DNA of 64,000 nt. Origin: Botryllus schlosseri (Eukaryota). The notes under the pieces were generated by a model that saw only the letters and a list, made by a program, of their open reading frames with translations, did not search any database and had not been told where the DNA came from. The first letter of the stretch is position 1. The number at the start of each line of letters is the position of its first letter. Positions 49,901 through 63,585 of the stretch are shown in pieces. The DNA is taken from contig CM119378.1 in the NCBI GenBank assembly GCA_051294905.1, positions 12,276,001 through 12,340,000 of the forward strand, read 5' to 3'. Both the position numbers and the translations under genes were made by a program.

Positions 49901-52216
49901 TTATTTGAAACTTGGTGCGCGGCGAATTTTTGCAGCCTAAGCGTTCGTCTTGCACTCGCAATGTCAAGTTTATGTTTTCTCGAAATGGTCATTGCTTTAC
50001 GGCAGCGACGTTATTGTGCATGGGGTTGCACTTGTTACCACATCTTTGATATAATGTAGGTTTAATGTAATCATTGGAATTGCAATGCCAGAAGCACCAC
50101 CAATGCCATACCCGAAATATATGTCTACTCCAGAGTGACAGTGCATTTGTCATTCAATGCTTCAAGACACACCCTTGACACGCCCTGGCTCATTCCTACT
50201 GTACGAATTATGAAAACGGCCAATGATGTGGAGCTCTTCTGGTTGAAACATTATTGATCCCTGTCAGGAGCAGGAGCCTCGTTAAATATCATTTCCGAGA
50301 GCATGCGATGTCCGATGACAGATCTCTGCGGTGTAATATTAGAAGCTTCAAGCAATACTTCGCACCAGTCGCGCAGGAATGTGGTTGCAGGTATGCAGGC
50401 GACCCGCGGGGCGACTGAACTTGAAAAAATGCGCACTTAATTAATTAGTGAATACCGGCACCGAAAACACTCCTCCGCAACCCGTACTGATACAGGGGAG
50501 CTGTTGTCTTTCGCCGGCGAAATTCTTTTATCATCCGCTAAGTCGACTACGTCACGTAATTGATGAAAGTGAAATGCCGATGCCTCCAAAGACTTCGCGA
50601 AGTGACCTTGGACGATTCGCTGTTATGGCGTCAGTGATAAGACGGATACGTCGATTTTGTATAGTTAAGAAGTGACCTATATAATTCCCCTGCTCAGCTT
50701 TCGCAAATACAAAACAACTGATGAACACAAGTAGCCTTGATCTATAATATGTAGCCGGTATATGTGACTATAGGTGCATAGAGCATTTGAATAGCTGTTA
50801 GCTATGTGATTTCATTCTAAGTCTGTTTTGTAGCCACTGGTGTACTTTCGCATGCAATCGTACATGAATAGATCCTATAATTAGAGGCATTATCCATCTC
50901 ATCCCTAAATGCAGCATCTAACCTGGAGCCAGTCGGTTTCCACAACAAAACTGAAGGTAAGGCGTAATTATTTTGCAAACACGGGGATATTGGTGACATC
51001 GATTCTTTCATGTGGTACACTGATATTCACTGTTTTGCGGCAATGTTGCAGCAATAAATAAGGTTGCTTAAAAACACTCTTTGTGGGTGGGTAGTCCGGT
51101 CACAGTCTTAAATTTCCTAGCGGCATAGTAATATTGTTAACGAACCCCATTCAAATGACAAAACCTCTTTTGTTTGAACTTTCCCTTCTCAATCCCGTGG
51201 CGACCCTCGCATAAAGAATGATTTCTGCAACCTTCCATAGTAAATAAAACATTGTCTTTGATGAGAAATTTGAGAAGGCAGGTGGGCTTGTAGAAAGGCG
51301 GAGTGAATTTATCCGCAAGACAATGGATAAAAAGCGAATTATGGTCGAGGATGATCCCGTTCAGGTGGCATCGTTGCATTGGTCATTCTTTGCTTTGGGT
51401 CTTTTTGGAATGGTGTATAGGGTATCGCTGCTTGATGCTCTCGTATGTATATTTACTGGGTACACTTTTCTCTCCGTGTTACCGTCATGGAACACTTTCA
51501 TGGTACCGAAACAGCTGGATCACTGATAAAATGGCATATACACGGAAATTACCGCATTTTGATACGGCGCTGAATGCGTCAGCGATGTTCCGTGTAAAAT
51601 AAAGCTATTGTTGCTTTAAATACTATAATTGCTTTCACCCGGTAGTTTGAAGCGAGCGATTATAAAGATATAATTTGAATGGCCACCCAAACCCCATCAC
51701 AACCATTAGTATGTATCATTCTTTAATGATAAACGTCAAGTAACTAGGCCTACTTTTATTACATATAGCGATAAACCTTGACAATTTAGGCATTGGAAAA
51801 TATACCTCGTAATAGATTCTTCACGAAGAGCAGAGGTATTGGTGGGAAAGTTAAATTTGGTACCAGAAAGGACCAATGTCCAGATTTTCTTCCTACGCTG
51901 TGATGGAAATATGCCAGATACACCTATCTTCCACCCGTATATCTGCATTCTACACTGTACTTTCTCCGTTCGAGCTGGACAATGTTTGAATTTTAAGTTT
52001 GTAACCATAAGTATCGTGATGGTTATGCAGGCCCAATATCTTATCCCCGCACCACTGCATGGTACAACAACACTAAGGCTCAAAAAATCCTATTCCAATT
52101 CTGCTTTCCCGAGTTATCGTAACCCTATCATTATTATATATTTCACTGTTGTTGTTTAGTATAATGTTTCAACATCGATAGTAATTTTACACCAGGTCGA
52201 TATCCTTTATTATGAT

Positions 52217-52730
52217 TCGGGTTGGGCACAATGATTCGAGTATTCGAATCTGAATCGAGTATTAATTTTAATGATTCGAGTCGAGTAGTAATATACGATT
52301 TTTTCGAGTACTGAAATGATACGCTCCTCGCCATCGAAAGTCAATTTACTAACGAGATTTATTGTTTTGATACTATTTCCATTGAGGAAGCGTTGAAACC
52401 TTGATTGGCGGTGTCCCAGCATCATAGACATAGTACAAAGCTATCAACGATACTGAAAATAACACATTTCCGAAGTCATGATCATCCCACAACATTGTCA
52501 ACAAGTGCACGGAAATAGGTATGGTCGAAAAAATACCAAAGTATCCTTAATGTGATAGATAGCAGGCATTATGTTATTTGTGGTGGCATAAAAAGTACAT
52601 ATTTGAACTTTGACATTGCACATTCTGTTTTGAAGTCAAAATGAGTGATACCCGAATACTCGACTCGACCCGAAGCGTAATACGTGATTCGAAATCGAAT
52701 CACTCAGGTAGTCGATTTTGCCCTGTCCTA
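52217..52730 (+). mobile_element. ~515-bp hAT MITE family, copy 3
   Basis: TIRs are degenerate (TCGGGTTGGGCACAAT / ATTTTGCCCTGTCCTA), but the 8-bp TSD attatgat is perfect (52209-52216, 52731-52738). Confidence 0.92.
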
Positions 52731-55700
52731 ATTATGATTCTTGAGCGGCCGAATTGAAGAACGGAGAACATTATTTGCAGACTTTTGAAAGACACCGTAG
52801 ATGTGGATCGGGCGGAGAGGAGGCGCCAAGATATGCCTCCAATACTTAGGGAGGGATTCTGGAGTCTACCACGGTGTAGCCCAAAGTTGTAACTACAGTA
52901 GGTATTATGATTCGAGTATTGTCAATTTTGCTTTATTTATTTTGCTAGCTTAAACTTGTATAATAGATATATCCCCTTTAGTGTTTTATACGGTACCGGT
53001 AGGACGTACTTTTGTATAATATCTGGATAATCATACTCTTATGATAGGATATTATCAACTTCTACTTGATCATATCATCAACCAGATCAGTAGCAAGGTT
53101 GAAGAATGAAGATATATCTTTACTTCTCATTTCTGTGGTTCACTTATTGCAAAATAAGGTTTGCATCTATAATAGCGTTCCAAAAATATAATCTAGTAGT
53201 GCCCAGATATACACTCTTATATTATAGTAGTATAGGCCTACTCCCTCTGAAATAGTGTCGAAGTTTGATCTAAAGTTGCTCAAAGTAGCCTATCATGAGC
53301 ATAAACAACAACCAATGATATCACGAACAGAGTTTCGTATGGAAGCATCATCAATGTATTCACTCGCCACGCCAATCATATTCAACATTCATACCGTTTC
53401 GAGAGTCGAGACCGATTAGTCAACTTTAATCATCTGCAGTTACTCACGCAGTGTCCCAATTGTGGGGGATGAGACTTTTCTACTCTGGGAAAACCGTATT
53501 ACATAACTGTCTTAGCGAATGCTCTTCAAATCAGTGATACAGTCAAGGTCTCCTTTGTGAATGCCACCCTGTTTTTACGTCTAAAATACCACATAATATC
53601 AGTATATCCTGAAACGGAAATGCCAATATTACTCTGTATTAGTCATTTGCAAGTACTTTTCAAATATGATGGTCAGATCGATTAACTTATACGATCTTTT
53701 CAAACGCTTATAAGCTCACCAGTATTATATTATTATCCTGCATCAATTTCCTTCTATTGCCCACCTATACATTTCACAGTACAACAATTTTGTGTATGAA
53801 TGCTTGCAACCCTTCATATATCTCGGTGTATATACATACACGACACATGAAAGGACGCCGAACGTATGCATTTCCGCTCAACGGCATTAACTTAAAGTCT
53901 TAGCAACGGGAATTACGCGCATACATACACAAATACATGAGATTCTAGATTCTCGAGGCATCAGATATTTCGAACGCGTGTGTGCCACAAAGGTAAACAC
54001 ATGGGTGCAGCCAAGCCCAATTTTCTCATCTGCCTTGCAATTATATTAGAGATTACTTTCACTATACTTTATCGCCGATGTCAATAAATGTTCGTATTTT
54101 TTTGGTGCACAGATTCTCACACATTCCGTACAGATAACTGCTAACATTTTATGCATATGGAACAGTGTGTTGAGTATAGAGATCGCATTTATCTTATGTA
54201 GAAATCTATGTCGCAGTGTTTGGATGATATGTACGTTCCTGTACTTCACACATGCACATGCGCAGTGCTCACGTTGAAACAGGCACATTTTCTTGGTGTG
54301 ATTTTCAAGGATCAAATGTGAAATAAGGAAGAGGTTAAATCCCGATTTGACGAATTTTACACTCTGCTTTACATTCGCATTGTATACTTCCGTCCTCAAC
54401 GCACTTATATCAAAGAATCGAAGACTTTGGAGTACCGATATTCTTGTGACAGGCGTTTCCAGTCACTGTCTACATCGGATACGTTCATTTGGAATAATAT
54501 ATAGCATGTTGTCAAAATTCAAACCAATCCAAAAGTGACAGTCATCGTTTAAGGTGAATCAAATTACAATAAATTATATAAATATACAAAACGCCGAATA
54601 ACTTTACAGGCAGTTTGCTCTGTGAATCACTACGAAAATAATATTTTCACCTACATATAGATTTGGATCGGTTTCCGAAAAAATAATGTCTATATATCTA
54701 CGTGTCTTTCAGTCCGGGACCACTAAGCTTTGCTCGGCCCTTATTTATATTTAGCCACAAACAGCTCTTTTTCTATTCAAATTGTCGAGCTGACCTCATA
54801 TCACAAAGGGTGTTTAAAGTGTCTCGACTGCGGTGTTTGGTGTACATAGAACTGGAATTTCGGGTAAAAAGCGCGTTAATCAATGTTTACATTCGAACAA
54901 TATCATTAGAAAAACAAGTCTTGGTCAGTCTCTTTCGGAACAATGAGCGGAACTGCACCTTCATGAGATTAATCAACCGGGGTGTCAAATTATACGGTTA
55001 TCCACACAGAGTCTGACACCAACATAGCTGGAGGTTGCTGAGGTATGTTATATATTCTAAATCTGATGATAGTTTAGTTAGTATAAAATCTCGTTTTGAT
55101 TTCTATCTTGCAAAGTGGAACACGAATTTAATGAATATCCTTAACAAAACTTAATTCGACAGATGAAATTCATTTTGCCTGTTATGACACTTTTCTCGTG
55201 AAGTCTTTGATACCTTACGACCATTGATAATTATTTGGATGATTCCAGATATAGTTGTTAGCATAGGTGAACTTCCTCAATAACGCGATTTGATCACCGC
55301 GGTGGGAGTATCATAGGAATAATATAGAATATTTCTGATGTGTCGGTATGTGTCCCGGCTCGAAGTATTCGTCATGATAGATAGTGATTGAGACTATACA
55401 CTTGCAGTAATTCTGTAATAGGCCTGAAAGGTGTCACGGATTGTTCACGACTTTTCTAGCGAAGTCTGTATACGGTCTTAAAAATAAACTCGAAGCCGTA
55501 AGAGTCTTTTCATCGGCTAGGGCAGCTTCATGTCAGACACTTGAAATGCACTCATCTGGAAACGTGACAATGAATGAGAAAAGGGATATTTATACATCGC
55601 AGTTCAATTGCGGCGGGGGGCCTTTCTTCCGGTGCGTTGGTCGGGGAGAATTGAGCTTGTTTAATTGCAATACAGAATGAATAATTTCATGAGAAACGAC

Positions 55701-56073
55701 TTGGTCTTGATCATTGCGCCTGGCTTTCATTAAAGACACAAAGCCTGCCTTGCCTTTAATTTATTAATGTGGGCTCATCTTCAGTTTCGGAACGATTCAG
55801 GCGTTGGCAGACAGTCCTAAATCCCTTGTCGAACATCTCCTGACGATGACGTTGTGAAAGTAGCATGAACAATGAACTTGTAGTTCCTATACTGATGCAT
55901 AGTTGATAAATCATCTCGAGTAAAACTATCCTCAATGTTCCGAATCGCCGGGGTTAGATCACATCTTTATGATTCTTCCAGAATTGTAGTGTGGGATGTC
56001 GCAATCCCATGCGCTCAGATTGCGCCGACTGGCCTGAACGAGACAACCACTGTATCAACATAATGCATAATCA

Positions 56074-56247
56074 NNNNNNNNNNNNNNNNNNNNNNNNNNN
56101 NNNNNNNNNNNNNNNNNNNNNNNNNNNNNNNNNNNNNNNNNNNNNNNNNNNNNNNNNNNNNNNNNNNNNNNNNNNNNNNNNNNNNNNNNNNNNNNNNNNN
56201 NNNNNNNNNNNNNNNNNNNNNNNNNNNNNNNNNNNNNNNNNNNNNNN
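56074..56247. other. Assembly gap (174 N)
   Basis: Run of n characters. Confidence 1.
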
Positions 56248-56479
56248 TAATGCCTGAGCTATTGTGAACAACCCGATAGTGACATCTCCAATAATATGCT
56301 ATCTGACATAGGCGATCGACTGCGGGCTTCCCGATTCGTCATCTAGCAAAATTTTTAATCATTCCAAACGCTTGTTATCAAACAAAGGACAGGGACAGGG
56401 ACAGGAACTGGGCGGCCTTGTATACAGTATCAAATAGTTGTTTGCGCTATTGCCGAGACGTTCTATACTGTAACACGAT

Positions 56480-56850
56480 AGCGGCGTAAGCGCGGCCGAT
56501 TCCGGTGAATCACGTCTATGCGATGGCCACACATGGCACAAACGTCTCTCAAAATGGTACAGGTCGTTCTTGCGTTTTGTTTTATTGTGTATTGACGCAA
56601 CAGCGACAAGATCGGCGTCACTCAATCAACATTTAACGCGTTACCCGTTTCATCGTAAAGTTAAATCATTTCTGAACCGACTGGGCTAGTATTTCTCGCC
56701 GTTTTTCACATCTATTGTGAACCGGGTGAAAGACGATTGTTTTTTCACACGCCTGATCTTTATCAAGAAACCACGGCATTGTCTCATCGCACATCAAAGT
56801 GAATACTGAACCAGGAATTTTGTCAGTGACTAACAAAATGCATGTACTTG
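56480..56850 (-). pseudogene. Possible hAT transposase relic
   Basis: VTDKIPGSVFTLMCDET (DET at 56788-56780) resembles the FS.M.DET first-catalytic-Asp motif. It is followed by FLDKDQACEKTIVFHPVHN and a CGHRIDV CxxH-like motif in another frame. Frames are broken. Confidence 0.3.
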
Positions 56851-59349
56851 GCCCAACGACACCAAACACAAACATGATTCCTTCTGATTTTAAAGTGACT
56901 TACAATAGCCATCTCACATAAAGCAAAGATATTATCCTCAAAGAGGAGCGGGTCAACGTTTGCAGCAGTAATGACATCGGTGAACGATAAATAGCAATAT
57001 AGTTAATCATGGTTCCGCCAAAATTTGAAGGGAAAAACTTCAGCACAAGAGTGACATAGCGGCTAAATTATTTCGTGAAAACATTAATGATGACACGATG
57101 TGCGAATCGACGTCAATTAGCTCTCCGTGATGCATGGATCGCCCGTGTGAATGGATTGCTGCGACTCCATTCGCACAGCGTTGTAGCTAACGAAAGCATT
57201 CACAGACTTTACGCTGGATTAATGCGTTAAACATCTTCTATCTGAGCACAAGCAGACGTATAGCCTACATCTCTCCGAGGTATATCAATCGTGCTCAATG
57301 GATAAAAAGGTAGCCCAGGACTGATTTCGAGATTATAGAACTAGAAAGAATTTTTTTCAGTTTTGTCGCGACCAATTAAATTCAGAATATGCAATGAAGA
57401 GAACAGGTGGTTTCGTTGGGCAGCAACTGCAAAAGACAGGGAAAAATAGCACTCCTACTTTGTTGTTGGTCACATCCCAGCACTTGTTCAACCCATTAAA
57501 CATGGAATGGAACAAACATGACCTCAGCTTAAAGTTTATTGAATGATGATTCATGAAATCATTGCTGCGCTGATAACATATTTATGATGTGTACTATAGT
57601 TCCACCACCGCTTCCAAACAAAATGCTTAACAGGAATTTCATAATTTCATATTCGAATCCGTTGTATAATTAGATAACTTTACGCTGTCTCATTTTCTTG
57701 TCTGCACCGACCAATACCGAATCACTCCGTCATGTGGTAGCATTGTCGATTTAGAATTCATCATAAGAAATCGCATTGGGATGTACCGATACCTGACAGC
57801 ACAAAAACATTTACGTCAGCTAACAGATATGAAAATCGTTATTTAATTATCCAGTCCATAAATTGTTACGTTCATACTATGACTGACGGAATTAACTCCC
57901 TATTTTCCTGCCAAAATTTTGTTATAATCCCTCCTGTGGTAATGTGCACAAAATCCTGTTTGTTATCTAGATTCTGTGACCCATATAATGGTCTGAACAA
58001 TATTTATTACGCACAATTATGCGTGATTTCTGTCGAAGTCCGCCAATAATGCCGCTGCTGGCTTGTATGCGGCGTCTGACGCAACCGCCCCAACTAGAAC
58101 CCTGAAATAATTACCATTGAATATGCTGATGATGCTGTATATTTAATTATGAAGTTTGTTTAGAAGCGATGTCATGTTGGGGCGATATAGTCCATGTAAG
58201 ACCAGCATACTATTATTTGGAGATGTTCCGTGTGCCGAGTGCGAAGCTTTCGATAACACGCTGTAGCATCGCGTCATCACAAAACCTTAGCCGGATTGGA
58301 AACTTCATGCAACTGTTGTTCCGTAATGTAGCACGAAAAATGCGTTTCAAGTGTGGTATATTAGACTTTAACTATACAATAATCACTGTGTTGATACACT
58401 TGTTTGTGGCGGCTAGGGTATTTATCATAACTTTACATTCCGTAAGGCATCGCAGGTATAACGTGTCTGTAATTTTGCATTATGAGATTACGAGTTCGGG
58501 CGTGAAATCATCCGTAACCGAAACGAACAAAAAGTTACGATCCAGCGTTACGAGTCTAAAGGACTTACTTTTCTGAACGGAAAACATTTTCCGAGAACCT
58601 GTGATGTTCTACAACCGCTATGACATGTGTAGCAATGTGTATTGATGAATCATGTTTTCTCCTTGCGTTACGGTCGCTTTGGTTACAAGACGTAATACAA
58701 CAACAACAAATCACTGTTGTATTTAGTGTGCAGATGACTCAATCAACAATGAGTATGCTTAGTGTTACCCGGAACTGACCGGAAGACGATGCTTGAATCT
58801 CAAACACTTCACGCAGTTCACTTCAGACACGACACGCTGACAACGGTATCAAGTCGGTGGCTATGATATCATAATACTGAAGTATCAGCTGGTTAACTGA
58901 TTTCTGATATCACTAATCGTATCCCGCACAATAACGGTACAGTGTTGGCCGTCATGGGAAAATGGGACCATATAGTTGTACGAACGGTACAGCGTAAATG
59001 TTCAGGGGAGAAGATTCTCAGTCTGATTCCACCGTAATGATTTCGCTGGCCACCTGAGTTTATACCGTTTCGCGTGTTTGACACTCAGCGTTTTATGTTG
59101 TAATAACAGATGTTTGACGAATATATGGTAATTTTGATCAGGCGCGCTGATTCAATTACTTGAGGAAAGTCACGTGAGGTTTTTACCGAGCTCGTCATTC
59201 AGACACCGAACTCTTTAACATGGTAACTAATTTTCTGGGTGAGGTTTTATGGTCAGACTGTTCACACAGTGCAATTAATTGTAACTTAATTAACCAGCCA
59301 ATTTTTAGTCATTGAGATGCTGGAAATTTCGTCAGATGATGGTCTATAA

Positions 59350-60639
59350 CAGTGGTTCCCAACCTGTGGTACGCGAACCACTAGAGGTACGCGAAGGTGT
59401 TCCAGGTGGTACGCGAATAGATTCCGTTTATTTTTTCGACCGAAGGGCGTTATCAGTTCAGGTGGGGTTGATTTTGAGTTTTGTTCAACCATCGTCGTCG
59501 TGTTTAAAGGTTTTCGTCGTGGGTATGGGCAATCCCTCCAATGATGGCCCACGGTGAAGAGATCTAGTCGTAAAGCATTGGGATTCTTACCAAAACAAAT
59601 TTCATTTTGAAAGATTTGACCACAAAAATTCCAAATGGATTCACCAAAGCAGGGGTGGCCAACCTGCGTCCGTGGAAGGAAATGTGTGAGGCCGTGGACA
59701 CATATTTCAATGAGTACGTGTTGGTGGCCGTCGACATGAAAATTGAATTTACGAATTTACTCCCAAATTTTTGGGAGATTTTGATTAACCTTGAAATTTT
59801 CTTCGCGCAGCGCGCGATACAATGCGGCCGCATTTTCAATTTTAGCGTAGTAGTTCCCTTTGCAAGCTGAGCACCACAGTACAGATGTGAACAGCAACGA
59901 AAAATGACGAGACCCATGTAGAAATACCAACTTGGAATCGTGTCTTCCTCACGTAAGAAATTTGCTTCTATGGTGCGTTTCGGTGATTTCGATATCTTTC
60001 CAATACACCGCCAATCCTCACGGGAGGTTAAGAAATAACAACATGCAGCAAAGTGACTTATTACAATTAGTACACCCGAAGATACATTTATTACTTGCCC
60101 TAAATTTTCGAAAACACAACCTCCATCAACTTTGCCTGAGAATCTGATCACATTGGCCGAAAAAGGATAAATGATTGATAGCAATATTACGTCATGACCG
60201 CGCTTGGCGCGATCATGACGTAATCAAGAATCAATTCATCACCTGACAACTCACGATTTCGGTGCGTTTCGTAAGCCGATATGAATAAATACGTCAGTCA
60301 GGAGCTCGTTAAAAATGGACATGGACTAGAAGACAATTTCAAATGGGTATTTGGCGTCCAGTTTGTTCATTACGAACTATGTCCTAGAATGCGGCCGTAG
60401 GCTAGGCCTACATGACTACTCGAAATGCGGCCGTGAATAGCAAAAAGGTTGGCCACTCCTGCACTACAAAAATCGTATATTGCGCCCTAGATTCTATTTC
60501 GCTGACTTCGACAGCTCAACACGATGGCATCATTTTTTGTCCGCCTTCTGCTCGCGTAACTCATATGTATGCGATGGTACGCGAGCACTGCATGAAACCT
60601 CAAAATGGTTCGCGGGTGAAAAAAGGTTGGGAACCACTG
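59350..60639. mobile_element. hAT (Charlie/Buster-like) MITE hosting a nested insertion
   Basis: TIRs CAGTGGTTCCCAACCT / AGGTTGGGAACCACTG; perfect 8-bp TSD gtctataa (59342-59349, 60640-60647); GGTACGCGA subterminal motifs. Confidence 0.95.
59650..60461. mobile_element. Second hAT MITE nested in the 59350 element
   Basis: TIRs CAGGGGTGGCCAACCT / AGGTTGGCCACTCCTG; flanks caccaaag/cactacaa (5/8); AATGCGGCCG subterminal motifs. Confidence 0.8.
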
Positions 60640-61005
60640 GTCTATAATATCCATAGTCAAGTGACGACAAACAGCCCGACGAGGCGACCGGCCCGAGTGT
60701 CCGGGAAACTGCGAGTACATCCCCTGGCATAAGCCTGTTCATGTAACATTCGGTGCTACATATGAATTAGTGACCCACCGGACCGATGATCACAATTTTG
60801 GTTTATAGCGATATGTGTGGATGGTTTCTATAACAATTGATATACATTTAAGAATTGAATTTCGTTACGGCTGTACAGTGTGCATGGATTAATGCACGAT
60901 AAAGAAAAACGATTTTTACTGTCTTGTCGTTGATTAATGTGTTAGTGATTGATGGCGAATGATGGAAACGATACAAGTGATATCAATAACATGTACTTTG
61001 TACAG

Positions 61006-61438
61006 TAGGGCTCTTCAAAAATGACTTTTTTCTCAAATCCTACTGGCTACTTGATAAAATTGTTAGGTTACCTAATTTAAGCCTACACACAAAATTTGGT
61101 TCAATTCCAGCCAGTAACAGCTTTGCTACAGGAGAAGAAAGTTTCTATTTATTATATTATATTTATATAATATAAAATTTATATAATATAATATAAAGTT
61201 TCTATTTATATTTATTATTTTCTATAGACAGCCTAACACTTTCATGGGTAAACAGAAAAATTTCAAATTTTTTATTATTTATTTTTATATAATAAATAGA
61301 AACTTTCTTCTCCTGTAGCAAAGCGGTTACTGGCTGGAATTGAACCAAATTTTGTGTGTAGGCTTAAATTAGGTAACCTAACAATTTTATCAAGTAGCCA
61401 GTACGATTTGAGAAAAAAGTCATTTTTGAAGAGCCCTA
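61006..61438. mobile_element. 433-bp long-TIR hAT-like MITE, apparently young
   Basis: About 152-bp TIRs starting TAGGGCTCTTCAAAAATG, with only 2 mismatches seen; AT-rich spacer; perfect 8-bp TSD ttgtacag (60998-61005, 61439-61446). Confidence 0.95.
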
Positions 61439-62744
61439 TTGTACAGGCATGTAGTGGCACGTCTACGGCTACGTTTTATAAGCTTAGGGGGAAATGGGGA
61501 AGTTTACAATATTTGAATTACACACTCGTGCGAGTATGCATTATCCTAGTTTCGCTTCCCCTATCAGACTTTTGGGATTAAAATACTTAACTCATTGCTC
61601 CTCGCAGTTCTGACACGAGGCGATCTGCAAAATTTTGCACATGGAATTGCACGCTGACAATGAGTAATGTATAGCGCCTACATCGGCTTGGAATGTATTT
61701 TCGAAACAGGAGCCATGCTTCACTCTGGATGCTTTGATTAACCCATGTCGGCTTCTCACATGCATTTTGAAGATTTGACAGTTGACACGTGCATTTAGCT
61801 CAAGCGAACTTGGTAGTAGGTCCTAGACAAGTACGTAACAGGCCGATTCTCCAAACCAGTCATGTACGACCTACCAGACTTTCAAGTTGTACTTGAATAT
61901 CAGAATTTTGTAATTAGGCACGATGACATGTATTGACATGAGTTAAGATTGTCATTACTTTCAGTACCGAGAGTATAGGTTACCGGCATTTAGGTTGCTG
62001 ATCATTGGTTAGGATATATTTTATAAAGTTAACCATAGTTCACGCGACTTCAGGAGTGAATGTTGTTATCAATACTCAAATATTTTCATCGTGAGTTCTC
62101 AGCAGAACAGATACCTAGTACTATGAGAGTTCTATGTGTGTTTATTGCCCACGTTACACGTAGTGTACTTGCGTATTTCAAGACAAGAAAATACATGAAG
62201 CGTAATTACCGAATAAATACACTCTCCATCCCCGCGTCGAAACTGGTGGTCGGATAACAGTCCTAATGTACTACAAATTGGCATATTTTTGACATTGACA
62301 AATGGCATACGCTAACAACACCTTTTTGTTTGCGACTAGTGACCCCACGATTTGTTTACAAGGTCATCCATCATCATATTTGCGAGACCGTATAATGTGA
62401 CTTGCAATATAATCCAAGAAGACTGCACGCAGTACTTTGGGGTTTAGTAATGTTCTACAATATTTGTTTTGTGGGCAGTAGATATTCGAAATTTCTCCTT
62501 ACACTCAACACTTTGACACATATTTTATCGTTTTATTGATTTTAGACATACTCAAGATCATCAGTATCAATCAGCTCTGCATTACTGTGTTTTCCGTACA
62601 ATTACACCCGATTTTTCAACATCAAAGTGAAAATAATACACACCACTTGAAAAAGTATGATCAAATGGAATTCCACCAAGCAACACTATAACTGTTATTC
62701 CAATTCGAGTATGATAGAATTTCATATTCCACTGTACCACGATT

Positions 62745-62870
62745 GGTTTAGTCGGGTTTAGATGATTTCGTAGTGAAGTCGGTGATGGCATACTCAAAAT
62801 AGTAGACATACTTTGCACAATGCACATACAACTGTGACTCCTATAATTCTCTACCACACCAGTAGGACTT
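62745..62870 (-). pseudogene. Possible BED zinc-finger relic of a hAT transposase
   Basis: VW*RIIGVTVVCALCKVCL, then after a frameshift SPTSLRNHLN. This resembles VW...CxxC...TSLRxHL, but the final His is missing. Confidence 0.28.
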
Positions 62871-63373
62871 TTTTCTGCACTACACTACTACAAAATAAAT
62901 TGGAATATGTCACGATGATATGATGTGACGCGCATCATATATAATTATCATGTTCTTAACCTGAAATAGTTTAGAATGAATGGAACACACCAGATCGGGA
63001 TGACAAAAAGCGCCAGTAAGCAAAAACTTCGTAATAAAAACCAACGAAGAAGCATGGAATATATTCTTGCATAATCCTGTTTGCCAGTGTACGACCTGAT
63101 ACACGTTACAGTTGTAGTCACGTTAATTGTGTTCCCGTGTACGCAAACAGAGAGACGAGAGGTGTGGAAAGGTTCCGAGTCATGCAGCTCCAGTTTCATA
63201 CCTTGTTTGCTTGTATTACACCGAGTTTCGACTATTATGGTAATTTCACACTAGATACAAACCAGATACGCCGGTCTCGCTCTAATATTTTGTGAAACAC
63301 TGTCTGTACCCTTTGAATCACGACGAGTTGCCCAGATTCCGTAAGATGCCAATGTCAGCCATGTTCATACTAG

Positions 63374-63428
63374 CATTCTCGGTAATGTCCATTCTCGGTA
63401 ATGGTTTTCTCGGTATTGGTATAGAACC
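63374..63428. mobile_element. Foldback-like element, copy C (right-terminal fragment)
   Basis: CATTCTCGGTAATGTCCATTCTCGGTAATGGTTTTCTCGGTATTGGTATAGAACC is the reverse complement of the copy B left terminus. Confidence 0.85.
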
Positions 63429-63585
63429 GAATTTATCAATGAGCGAACGGATGAATTACGTATGAAAGAGCCATTTTAGGACAGTTTACATGAAATCGAC
63501 ATCCACATGACATAGCCCCCATACCATCTTTATTTTCATAATTTCATATTCTTCATCCACATGCGGGTAGCCTGTTTTGTAGAGT

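Noticed and set aside
53448-53608. Minus-strand segment with a strong acceptor (TTTCAG) and donor (GTGAGT)
   Set aside because: Stops occur in all three frames, and such pairs are expected by chance in 64 kb. It could only be a non-coding exon, which needs RNA data.
61521-61550. Hairpin followed by CTAG-T as a Helitron 3' end
   Set aside because: The stem is short and no matching 5' end or second copy was found.
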